A stretch of 55,053 nt of DNA, from positions 1,203 to 56,255 of the forward strand of contig CAZPEY010000003.1 in NCBI GenBank assembly GCA_964585665.1. The letters run 5' to 3'. This document shows positions 1 to 11,261 of the stretch, piece after piece. Source of the DNA: an uncultured Polyangiaceae bacterium. GTDB lineage: Bacteria; Myxococcota_A; Polyangia; Palsa-1104. The translations under genes were made by a program, and so were the position numbers. Every line of letters begins with the position of its first letter. The stretch's first letter is position 1. The notes beneath the pieces were generated by a model that saw only the letters and a program-made list of their open reading frames with translations, made no database searches and had not been told where the DNA came from.

Positions 1-109
1 AACCTCGTGCTCGAAGCGCGCAAGTAACGCCGCCGCGGCTCACTTCGTGAGCAGCCAGATCATCTTCGAAGCGCGGCGTTCTCTGCGAACCAGACTACAG
101 ATCACCTTT

Positions 110-126
110 GGTCAAGTTTGTTGACC
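110..126. promoter_or_regulatory. Inverted repeat GGTCAA-N5-TTGACC upstream of the hypothetical/acyl-CoA dehydrogenase gene pair; candidate operator
   Basis: Read directly: ggtcaa (110-115), gtttg, ttgacc (121-126). It lies 35-60 nt upstream of the possible start codons at 161 and 185. Confidence 0.3.
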
Positions 127-160
127 TTTTCGAATCGCCGCGAAAGCGGACGCTCCGTCT

Positions 161-820
161 GTGCTAGGGTGGCACCCAAGCGTCATGCAGCCGCCGATCG
201 TCGACAAGCCGTGGTCCGCCTGCCTGGGCCCCTGCCTGCAGGACGTGCTGGCGGCCGCCGGGGTCGCCGCCCACGTCACGACCAGCTACGAGCAAGCCGG
301 TCCGCTGGGAGCTCCGCCCTCCCCTGGGCTGCTCGCGGTCGTCAAGGTGACGACGCCGGACCTCGATCGCGCCGGGGAGATCGTGCTCGACGCACAGGCG
401 CGGTGGGAGATCTTTCGGCGCGCGACCTACTGCTTCGTCGATTGGCAGCGGACGATGCAAGCGTCGCTGGCCGCGCTGCCCTACTGCCCCGCGACGATCA
501 CCATCGAGGAGCTCCGGCTGGGTCCTGAGACCGTGGCGGTGCACCCACGCACCGAGTGGCGCACGGCGCGCCTGCGTGACGAGCCCCCGCCGCCCGAGGG
601 CTTTTCGATCCCCGACGTCACGCTGCGGTTGTGCGCCCGTCAGAGCGAGACGTGGGACGGGCTGCAGTTCGCGCCCGAGATCCGCGATCGCCTGCTCAAC
701 TGGCAGGCGGGCTTCTTCCACGAGGCCGCGATCCACCTCTCATCACTGTCCGTTCGCTTTTCTGACCCGAGCTACGGGGCCCCCCTCCAGCTCGTGCCCT
801 ACCCCGAGGAGTCGCCATGA
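161..820 (+). CDS. Hypothetical protein, translationally coupled to the downstream acyl-CoA dehydrogenase
   Basis: This frame has high third-position GC and a balanced amino-acid composition, whereas the antisense ORF 164..736 is Arg-rich. Its stop overlaps the next ATG (ATGA at 817-820). ATG at 185 is an alternative start. Confidence 0.6.
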   Translation: MLGWHPSVMQPPIVDKPWSACLGPCLQDVLAAAGVAAHVTTSYEQAGPLGAPPSPGLLAVVKVTTPDLDRAGEIVLDAQARWEIFRRATYCFVDWQRTMQASLAALPYCPATITIEELRLGPETVAVHPRTEWRTARLRDEPPPPEGFSIPDVTLRLCARQSETWDGLQFAPEIRDRLLNWQAGFFHEAAIHLSSLSVRFSDPSYGAPLQLVPYPEESP

Positions 821-2052
821 TCGAGTGGTCCGAAATGCACCTCGCCATCCGCGAAAGCGTGCGCCGCTTCGTCGAGACGGAGATCAAGCCAAAGATCGAG
901 CAGCTCGAGCACGGCGACCTGCTGCCGTACGACATCCTGCGCAAGATGGTCGCCACGTTCGGCATGCGCGACATGGCGATCGCCCGCTTCCGCGCGCAGA
1001 TCGAGAAGGAGCGAGCACGCGTCGCCGCCGGTCAACCGGCCACCGCGCCGCCGCGAGAGCCCCGCGCCAACCCTGCCGCCGGCGACGAGGCGGCGATGCG
1101 CATGATCCCGATCATCGAGCTGTGTCGCTACAGCCCCGGCATGGTGACCGCGCTCGGCGTCAGCATGGGCCTGACCGCCAATGCGATCCTGTCGCGCGGC
1201 ACCATCGAGCAGAAGGAGCGCTGGGCGCTCGACCTGCTGACGCTCGACAAGATCGGCGCCTGGGCGATCACCGAACCTGGCTCGGGATCGGACGCGTTCG
1301 GCGGGATGAAGTCGACGGCGCGGCGCGATGGGGATGGCTACGTGCTGTCCGGGAGCAAGACGTTCATCACCAACGGTCCGTACGCCGACACGCTGGTGTT
1401 CATCTGCAAGCTCGACGAGGGCAACGATCCGAAGGATCGAAAGGTGCTGTCGTTCGTGCTCGATCGGGGCATGCCGGGCCTCGTCCAGAGCAAGCCGCTG
1501 CGGAAGATGGGCCTGCACGCCTCGCCGACCGGCGAGCTCTTCCTCGAGGACGTACGCGTTGGCCGCGATCGACTGATCGGCGAGACCGAGGACGTCCCGG
1601 CGCGCCAGGGCGCCAAGGACACGTTCGCCGCCGAGCGCACCGGCGTCGCCGCGATGGCGCTCGGCATCGTCGAGCAGTGCCGCATGTTATGCATCGACTA
1701 CGCCAAGACGCGCGTCCAGTTCGGGCGGCCGATCGGGGAGTTTCAGCTCGTCCAGCTCAAGCTCGCCAAGATGGAGGTGGCGCGCATGAACATCCAGAAC
1801 CTGGTGTTCCGTCAGATCGAGCTGGCGGCCGCGGGCAAGGGCATGTCGCTCGCCGAGGCGTCGGCGTGCAAGCTCTACTCAGCGCAGGCTGCGATGGAGG
1901 TCTGCCTGGAGGCGGTGCAGCTCTTCGGCGGCAACGGCTACATGGCCGAGTTCCAGGTCGAGCAGCTCTGCCGTGACGCCAAGGTGCTGCAGATCTACGG
2001 CGGCACCGACGAGATCCAGATCTCGCAGATCGCACGCAACCTGCTGAGCTAG
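817..2052 (+). CDS. Acyl-CoA dehydrogenase family protein
   Basis: Motifs WAITEPGSGSDA and GGNGYMAEFQVEQLCRDAKVLQIYGGTDEIQ are typical of the ACAD family. At 411 aa the length also fits. Confidence 0.92.
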   Translation: MIEWSEMHLAIRESVRRFVETEIKPKIEQLEHGDLLPYDILRKMVATFGMRDMAIARFRAQIEKERARVAAGQPATAPPREPRANPAAGDEAAMRMIPIIELCRYSPGMVTALGVSMGLTANAILSRGTIEQKERWALDLLTLDKIGAWAITEPGSGSDAFGGMKSTARRDGDGYVLSGSKTFITNGPYADTLVFICKLDEGNDPKDRKVLSFVLDRGMPGLVQSKPLRKMGLHASPTGELFLEDVRVGRDRLIGETEDVPARQGAKDTFAAERTGVAAMALGIVEQCRMLCIDYAKTRVQFGRPIGEFQLVQLKLAKMEVARMNIQNLVFRQIELAAAGKGMSLAEASACKLYSAQAAMEVCLEAVQLFGGNGYMAEFQVEQLCRDAKVLQIYGGTDEIQISQIARNLLS

Positions 2053-2066
2053 GCTGCGAAGCACAG

Positions 2067-2732
2067 ATGAAGCTACTCGATGCGCTGTACGCCGAGCACG
2101 AGCTGATCGAGCGCGCCGTCGGTTCGCTGGTGACGTTCGCCGGCCGCGTCGCGACGATCGACCTCGCGAACGCGACCGCGGAGGCCGAGCGCTATCTGCG
2201 CTTCTTTCGGCTCTTCGCCGGGCGGTATCACCACGGACGCGAAGATGGCGTGTTGTTCCCCGCGCTCGTCGCCGAGACCGGCGTCCCGGCAGACCGCGGC
2301 CCGATCGCCGTCCTGCTCGCCGATCATCGACGGATGGAGGGGTTGCTCGCCGAGCTTGGGCCGCTCGCGGCGCGGCTCGGCGTAGGCGACGGCGCGCGGT
2401 CGTTCGCCGACGTGGTCAACCGCTACGCGGTGGCCTTGTTGCAGCACATCGACGCCGAGAACTCGGTGCTGCTCCCGGAGAGCGCGGCGCGCTTCCGCGG
2501 CGCGGCGATCGTCGAGCTCCCCGATCGCGATCTCGACGACGAGGAGCGCGAGGCACGCGACGCGATCGCCCCGCTCCTCGTCACGCATCCGCCCACCGAT
2601 CCGCCGGGTCTGCATCGCGGCGAGGGCTGCTGCGCCTGCCCCGCCTACGGCGAGTCTTGCGACGGCATCGAGTTCGAGTGGTGGAGCGAGGCAGAATGGG
2701 AAGACGCGCGCGATCGGCTCGGTTCGCAGTAG
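2067..2732 (+). CDS. Hemerythrin-like domain protein with a Cys-rich C-terminus
   Basis: Hemerythrin-type His/Glu pattern (YAEHELIE, HHGREDGVLFP, ADHRRMEG, LLQHIDAENSVLLPE). The C-terminus contains GEGCCACPAYGESCDG. Confidence 0.78.
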   Translation: MKLLDALYAEHELIERAVGSLVTFAGRVATIDLANATAEAERYLRFFRLFAGRYHHGREDGVLFPALVAETGVPADRGPIAVLLADHRRMEGLLAELGPLAARLGVGDGARSFADVVNRYAVALLQHIDAENSVLLPESAARFRGAAIVELPDRDLDDEEREARDAIAPLLVTHPPTDPPGLHRGEGCCACPAYGESCDGIEFEWWSEAEWEDARDRLGSQ

Positions 2733-2739
2733 CAGCCCG

Positions 2740-4852
2740 ATGAGCAGATCGACGAGCGCCGACTGTCCGCCCGACGAAGTGCTCGGCCAGCTCATGGACG
2801 ACTCGCTCGAGCCTGGGCTGCGGGAGCAGCTGCGACGCCACATCGCGACCTGCGCGGATTGTCGCGCCGTCGTCGTCCAGGCGCTCCGCCACATGGACTC
2901 GCGCGAGCCGACGGCACCGACGCCGCCGCCACGCGCCGGGCGCTATCTGCTCAGTCGCGTCCTCGGCATGGGGGGCATGGGAGTCGTCTACGCGGCGGAG
3001 GACCCGGAGCTCGGGCGCGCCGTCGCGATCAAGGTCTTGCGCGCGCCGCATGACACGACCTCGGCGTCGCGCGAGAGCACCACCGACGAGGGCGTGGCAG
3101 GTCGCCAGCGCCAGCGCCTGTTGCGCGAAGGCCAGAGCCTGGCGCGCGTGGTGCACCCCAACGTCGTCTCGGTCTACGACGTCGGACAGACAGACGGTCA
3201 GGTCTTCGTCGCCATGGAGCTGGTGGAGGGCGGCACCTTGCGCGACTGGATGAAGCGCGGCGGCTACTCGTTTGCCGAGGCGATCGCGATGTTCCGCGCC
3301 ATTGGCCAGGGGCTGGCTGCGGTGCACGAGGCAGGCGTCGTCCACCGCGACTTCAAGCCCGAGAACGTACTGCTCGGCAGCGACGGGCGGCCTCGCGTCA
3401 CCGACTTCGGCCTGGCGCGCTACGCGGAGGAGGATCTCGACGAGCCGAATGCACCGCGGTCTGTGCCTGCGTCCGCGTCTCTGACCCAGACTGGGGCGCT
3501 CATCGGCACGCCGTCGTACATGGCGCCCGAACAGCTCGCACGCCGGAGCGTCGGCCCCCCCGCCGACGTCTTCGCGTTTGCGGTGACGCTCTGGGAGGCG
3601 CTCTACGGCAAGCGACCGTTCGCCGGCGAGAGCATCGAAGCCCTCGAGAGCACAATCCGCAGCCGTCGCACGCACCGCATCGACAGCCAAGCCCGGGGCA
3701 CGCCACGCCGGGTCCGGCAGATCCTGCTGCAGGCGTTGGCGGTCGAGCCGGGCGATCGCCCCCCCCTGTCCGAGCTGCTCGCTCGCCTGGATGCACTCAC
3801 CGCTCCGTCGAGGCTGCGCGGGCCGCTCGGGGTGGCGCTGGTCGCAGGCGTCGTGCTGGCGCTGGGCAGCTCGACGCTTCTCCTGCAACGCTTGTTGGAT
3901 CAACGGCGCTGCCAGCAGCGCCCTTTCGCCGACGCATTCCCCCCGCAAGCGCGTGAAGCGTTGCGCGAGCGGCTGGAGACGATCGTGGGCACCAGCGATG
4001 CGGCCGCGTTGATCGGCGAGCTTGCCGACTACGTGGCCTCGCTCGACGCAACGCACGCTGCGAGTTGCGAGCAGACCTTCGTGCAGCACACGCTGAGCCA
4101 CGATCGTTTCGCCGCGCAGGGCGCATGTCTTGCGCAGCAGCGGTACCGGTTCGAGCTGACGCTCGCAGAGCTCGGGGGAATTGTGGCGCCGCCGAAGCCG
4201 CCAGCGACGCTCCATCCGATCGACGCGTTGCCCCCCGCCTCTGTCTGCCTCAAGGCCGCTCCCCCGAGTCGCCCGCGCACGGGCCCCGAGCAGGCCCGGG
4301 AGGAGGCCCTCGTGCGCAAGCTCGCGCAGGCCACTACCGCCTCCTCCTTCGGTCGCTCCACCCACGCGCTCGGCCTGTTTCGCCAGGCGGCCGAGCTCGC
4401 CAGCCTCGAGCACACGCCGAGCCTTCTCGCGCAGGCCCAGGCCGGTGAGGGCGCGGCGATGGTGTCGCTTGGCCAGCTCTCTGAGGGTCAGCAGCGCCTC
4501 GAGACGGCGATCCAGTCGGCGCTCTACGCATCCGACTACGGCACCGTCGCGAGCGCGAGCCTCGCCCTGATCGAGCGCGGAGATGCGCTCCGGCTTCCGG
4601 CGCGTCGCATCTACGAGCTCGCCGTCCTCCTCCACTGGGCGAGCGAGCGCGGACGGCTCGACGAACGCTTCCGGGCCCGCAGCCACTACGTCGTCGGCCA
4701 GCAACACCTCCATGCAGATCGGCTCCTCGACGCAGAGATCGAGCTGCGGGCGGGTCTCGCGCTCGCCGAAGACGCGCGCCAGCGAGAGCAGCTGAACCGA
4801 GCGCTGATCGACTTGCTCAAGCAGAGCGGCCGTTCGACACTCTCCACCGGGA

Positions 4853-4866
<14 letters not shown>
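2740..4866 (+). CDS. Hanks-type Ser/Thr protein kinase with an N-terminal zf-HC2-like motif and a helical C-terminal region
   Basis: Gly loop LGMGGMGVVY, AIKVL, HRDFKPENVLL, DFGLAR and GTPSYMAPE. The N-terminal HIATCADC matches H-x3-C-x2-C. A transmembrane-like segment LGVALVAGVVLALG follows the kinase domain. Confidence 0.92.
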
Positions 4867-7618
<2,752 letters not shown>

Positions 7619-7663
7619 CCGCCATCACCGCGACGACAGCAGCTCGACGCGCGCGCATTTCAC

Positions 7664-7692
7664 TTGCCGGTTAATTAACCGTTCAGTACATT
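7664..7692 (+). promoter_or_regulatory. Candidate sigma-70-type promoter of the ArsR gene (-35 TTGCCG, 17-nt spacer, -10 TACATT), implying a leaderless or near-leaderless mRNA
   Basis: TTGCCG at 7664-7669 and TACATT at 7687-7692. The start codon at 7701 lies 8 nt after the -10 hexamer. This is the most AT-rich spot in the surrounding sequence. Confidence 0.4.
7668..7681. promoter_or_regulatory. Perfect 14-bp palindrome CGGTTAATTAACCG in the promoter spacer; candidate ArsR operator
   Basis: The sequence is self-complementary (read directly). It lies 20 nt upstream of the ArsR start codon. ArsR/SmtB repressors typically autoregulate through AT-rich palindromes that overlap their promoter. Confidence 0.55.
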
Positions 7693-7700
7693 ACCACCCT

Positions 7701-8126
7701 ATGCAGGACGCGCTCAGCCGGACCTTCACGGCGCTCGCCGACCCGACCCGGCGCGCCATCCTGGCGCGTCTGTCGCGCGGCGAGGCGACCGTCAAGGAGC
7801 TGAGCAAGCCGTTCTCGATCTCCGCACCCGCGATCTCGAAGCACCTCAAGGTGCTTGAGTCCGCACGGCTGATCTCCCGCGGTCGCGAGGCGCAGTGGCG
7901 GCCTTGCCGCCTCGAGGCAGCGGCGCTGCGCCAGGTCGCGAGCTGGGTCGAGGAGTATCGCCAGCTCTGGGAAGAGCGCTTCGATCGACTGGACGCGTAC
8001 CTCAAGACCCTGCAAGCCGCCGAGCCCCCCCAAGCGACGAAGCCGCCCCGCCTGACCAAGCCCAAGGCCGCCCGCCCAACGGCGCGCGCGCCCCGGAAGG
8101 GAGTCCACCATGCCCGCAAGAAGTAG
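7701..8126 (+). CDS. ArsR/SmtB family transcriptional regulator
   Basis: FTALADPTRRAILARLSRGEATVKELSKPFSISAPAISKHLKVLESARLI is a canonical ArsR winged helix-turn-helix. I trimmed the start to the ATG at 7701, because the upstream part of ORF 7575.. is His/Arg/Ser-rich and looks non-coding. Confidence 0.88.
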   Translation: MQDALSRTFTALADPTRRAILARLSRGEATVKELSKPFSISAPAISKHLKVLESARLISRGREAQWRPCRLEAAALRQVASWVEEYRQLWEERFDRLDAYLKTLQAAEPPQATKPPRLTKPKAARPTARAPRKGVHHARKK

Positions 8127-9060
8127 GCCCAACGAGCTCCACCTCTCTCGAGTCTTCGACGCCCCGGTCAAGCGCGTCTGGGAGGCGTGGACCGATCCGG
8201 AGCAGGTCGCCCAGTGGTGGGGTCCGCGCGGCTTCTCGATCACCACCCAGCATCGGGACGTGCGCACCGGCGGATCGTGGCGGTACGTCATGCACGGCCC
8301 TGACGGCACCGACTACCCCAACGACACCAAGTACCTCGAGGTCGAGCCGTACGCGCGGCTCGTCTACGACCACGGCGGCTACGCCGACCGACCACCCTTG
8401 TTTCGCGTCACCGTCACCTTCGAGGAGATCGATGGCAGGACGCGGATGGAGATGACGATGGCGCTGGCGACCGCAGAGGCGGCGCAGCAGATGAAGAAGT
8501 TCATCAAGGACGCGGGAGGGGACGCGACCTGGGATCGCCTCGCCGAGCACCTCGCGCCCGTCGATCGCTTCGTCATCAACCGCAGCTTCGACGCGCCCAT
8601 CGCGCGGGTGTTCGAGCTGTGGACGACCCCGAAGCACCTCGAGCAGTGGCTGCCTCCGACGGGAGCGACGATGGAGTTTCGGCGCGCCGACCTGCGCCCT
8701 GGGGGCGAGACGTTCTACTGCATGCGTGCCGCCAACGGCCTGACGATGTGGGGCAAGATCCGCTATCGAGAGATCGATCGGCCGCGCCGCATCGTCTACA
8801 CGCAGAGCTTCTGTGATGAGCAGGAGCAACCGGCGCGTCACCCCCTGGCGCCGACCTGGCCGGCGGAGATGCTGACGACGATCACCTTCACCGAAGAGGC
8901 AGACGATCGAACGCGCATCACCGTCGTCTGGGAGGTTCACGGCGAGGCGACCGCCGAGGAGCGCGCGACCTTCCATGGCGGCAAGCCAGGCATGACGCTG
9001 GGCTGGACGGGATCGTTCGACAAGCTCGAGGCCGCGCTGGCTCCATCGAGCGGGACGTAG
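8110..9060 (+). CDS. SRPBCC superfamily protein with two tandem AHSA1-like domains
   Basis: The motif recurs as RVFDAPVKRVWEAWTDPEQVAQWWGP and RSFDAPIARVFELWTTPKHLEQWLPP. The gene overlaps ArsR by 17 nt, and ArsR-AHSA1 is a common gene pair. Confidence 0.85.
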   Translation: MPARSRPNELHLSRVFDAPVKRVWEAWTDPEQVAQWWGPRGFSITTQHRDVRTGGSWRYVMHGPDGTDYPNDTKYLEVEPYARLVYDHGGYADRPPLFRVTVTFEEIDGRTRMEMTMALATAEAAQQMKKFIKDAGGDATWDRLAEHLAPVDRFVINRSFDAPIARVFELWTTPKHLEQWLPPTGATMEFRRADLRPGGETFYCMRAANGLTMWGKIRYREIDRPRRIVYTQSFCDEQEQPARHPLAPTWPAEMLTTITFTEEADDRTRITVVWEVHGEATAEERATFHGGKPGMTLGWTGSFDKLEAALAPSSGT

Positions 9061-9063
9061 CGG

Positions 9064-9594
9064 ATGGCGCTCACCGCGACGATGCGGCGCTTCGAGATCG
9101 CGCTCGCCGACAGCGATCGGGACCACTACGTCGACCTCGATCTGCGGGTCGCGCAGCATCCGTCCGAGACCGATCGCGGCCTCGTGGCCCGCGTCGTCGC
9201 GCGGGCGCTCGAAGATCGCGACGGCGTCGAGCTCACCCGCGGCCTCTGCGTCACCGACGAGCCGGCGATCTGGCAGCACAACCTACGCGGCGAGCTCGAG
9301 GCCTGGATCGAGGTCGGCCATCCATCGCCGGAGCGCCTGCACAAGGCCCAGAAGGCCTGCGCCCGCGTCGCCGTCTATGCGTGGCGTCGAGTCGAAGCGC
9401 TGGCGAGCGAGATCCGCGCCGCCAAGATCCACCGCGCCGAGACGCTCGAGCTCTACGCTTTCGAGGAGAGCTTCCTCGATGCGCTCGCGGCCAAGCTCGA
9501 GCGCAACAACCGCTGGGCGCTCTCCCGCAGCGGCGGCTCGCTATACATCGACGTGGCCTCGTCGTTGTGCGAGGGGACCGTGCGCACGGTCTAG
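9064..9594 (+). CDS. yaeQ: YaeQ family protein
   Basis: N-terminal MALTATMRRFEIALADSDRDHYVDLDLRVAQHPSETDRGLVARV plus TRGLCVTDEPAIW follow the YaeQ pattern that I recall from E. coli YaeQ. Confidence 0.82.
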   Translation: MALTATMRRFEIALADSDRDHYVDLDLRVAQHPSETDRGLVARVVARALEDRDGVELTRGLCVTDEPAIWQHNLRGELEAWIEVGHPSPERLHKAQKACARVAVYAWRRVEALASEIRAAKIHRAETLELYAFEESFLDALAAKLERNNRWALSRSGGSLYIDVASSLCEGTVRTV

Positions 9595-9739
9595 CCCCCT
9601 GCTCGCCCAGCTGGCGCGGCCGCACTCGTGGGCTACGTCGCGCACGGCCTCAGCGACGGGATCCCCGGCTGACCTGGCGCATCCTCCGCCTCGCAGACGC
9701 GCTCGGTTGAGCGGCCAGCGGGCGTGGTAAGGTCCGCCG

Positions 9740-11179
9740 ATGAGCCATCATGAGTTTCTCTTCGAAGACCTGACCGCCGACGTCGACGCCGCGTTGACGA
9801 TCGAGGGATCGCTTCCCGAGGGCTTGGCCGGGACGTTCTTCGCCATCGGTGGGACCGGCATTCGCATCGGCGAGACGGCCGTGCACGGGTTCGATGCCCA
9901 TGGGCGTGTCACGGCGGTTCGACTCGGAGGAGGCACGACACCGTTCCTGCGCGCCCGCATGGTCGATACTCCCCTGCGCCGTGCCGAGCTCGAGCAGAAG
10001 ACCATCGTCAAGCGCCGTCTGTTCACGAACAAGCCCGCGCGCTGGTCGAACTTCGCCAACCTCGATTTCGGCAACAACGCCTGGCACAACGTGGTCCCTT
10101 GGGGCGACGCGATCATCGCCGCCAACGATCCGGGCTTCTTCCTGCTCGATCGCCAGTCGCTGGCGACGCGAGGGCCAGCCCCCCTGGCTCCACAGAAGGG
10201 TGCGACCTTCTCACCCATGCCCCACGTCGATCGTCACGCGAGCGGTGGTCGACTCGTGCTCATCGAACAGCGCCCGGGGCTCCGCGACACGCTCGTCGTG
10301 CGCGAGCTCGACGAAGGCTATCGCGTCACGGCCGAGCAGTCCTACAAGCTGCCGCGCGGCGCTCTGCTGATTCACGATGTCGCCTTCACGGAGCACTATT
10401 ATCTCGTCGTCCAATGGGCCTCGCTGTCCCTGCCCACGGCCTTGTGGGGCGCCAAGCCGCTCGCGGACGCCGTCAAGTTCGACGCCGCCCAGACACCGAT
10501 GGCCTACCTGCTTCCTCGTCGCGGCGGCGAAGCGATCGCCGCGCCGCTCCCGGGAGGGCGCCTGCACTTTCACTTCTGGAACGCGTTCGAGCAGGACGGC
10601 AAGGTCGTCCTCGATACGATTGGCTACGCAGGGCGTGTCGCGTTCACCGGGCTCTATCCGCCCGAGACGCGCAAGGCCCTCGGCGTCGGCGTCGAGCAAA
10701 CGCCCAGCAGCGCGACCTACCGCTACACGATCGATCCAAGCACGCGCGCGGTGCACGAGCAGACGCTGACGAGCGTTGCTGCCGAGGCACCGGCGATCAG
10801 AGAGGATCGCCGCGGGCGCGCCTATCGCTACGGTTGGGCCCCGACCCGCGGCTCTGCCGGCGACGAAGAGGATGCCAACGCCTACTTCTGGTTTCACGCG
10901 CTGGCGCGCCATGACTTCGAGGGCAAGCAGAGCACGACCTGGGACGCGGGCCCCTCGGCGTTCGTCTCCCCTCCCGCGTTCGTGCCACGCCCCGGCGGCA
11001 CCGACGAGGATGACGGCTGGGTCGTAGCGCTCCATCAGGACGCCGCGGCGCGCACCAGCGCGCTGCTCGTCTTCGACGCGCGCGACATCGCTGCGGGCCC
11101 GATCGCTCGGCTGCGCGCCCCCGCTAGCGCGGGGCTCCTCGGCGGGATCAGCCACGTGTCGTTCGCAGCCGACGCGTAG
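9740..11179 (+). CDS. Carotenoid oxygenase (carotenoid cleavage dioxygenase / RPE65) family protein
   Basis: GSLPEGLAGTFF, HGFDAHGRV, IHDVAFTEHYYLVV and HFHFWNAFEQDGKVVLD carry the conserved His-containing motifs of this family. Confidence 0.85.
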   Translation: MSHHEFLFEDLTADVDAALTIEGSLPEGLAGTFFAIGGTGIRIGETAVHGFDAHGRVTAVRLGGGTTPFLRARMVDTPLRRAELEQKTIVKRRLFTNKPARWSNFANLDFGNNAWHNVVPWGDAIIAANDPGFFLLDRQSLATRGPAPLAPQKGATFSPMPHVDRHASGGRLVLIEQRPGLRDTLVVRELDEGYRVTAEQSYKLPRGALLIHDVAFTEHYYLVVQWASLSLPTALWGAKPLADAVKFDAAQTPMAYLLPRRGGEAIAAPLPGGRLHFHFWNAFEQDGKVVLDTIGYAGRVAFTGLYPPETRKALGVGVEQTPSSATYRYTIDPSTRAVHEQTLTSVAAEAPAIREDRRGRAYRYGWAPTRGSAGDEEDANAYFWFHALARHDFEGKQSTTWDAGPSAFVSPPAFVPRPGGTDEDDGWVVALHQDAAARTSALLVFDARDIAAGPIARLRAPASAGLLGGISHVSFAADA

Positions 11180-11261
11180 CCGCGTATCCCACCTCACTTT
11201 CTTTCAACCAGCCGTAGTCCTGCCGGCACTAGTCAGAGGATCGACTAGCCCGGAGGCATCC

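Noticed and set aside
38-52. Short hairpin GCTCAC-ttc-GTGAGC after a possible 3' gene fragment (1..27, ...NLVLEARK stop)
   Set aside because: The stem is only 6 bp with a 3-nt loop and no U-tract, and the 9-codon fragment is too short to support as a CDS.
4129-4136. TTGCGCAG inside the first kinase gene, and GTAC-N9-TTGCGCAG at about 46730-46748 inside the EBP gene
   Set aside because: They lack the TGTAC half at the fixed 5-nt spacing and lie within coding sequence, so they are probably chance matches to a GC-rich octamer.
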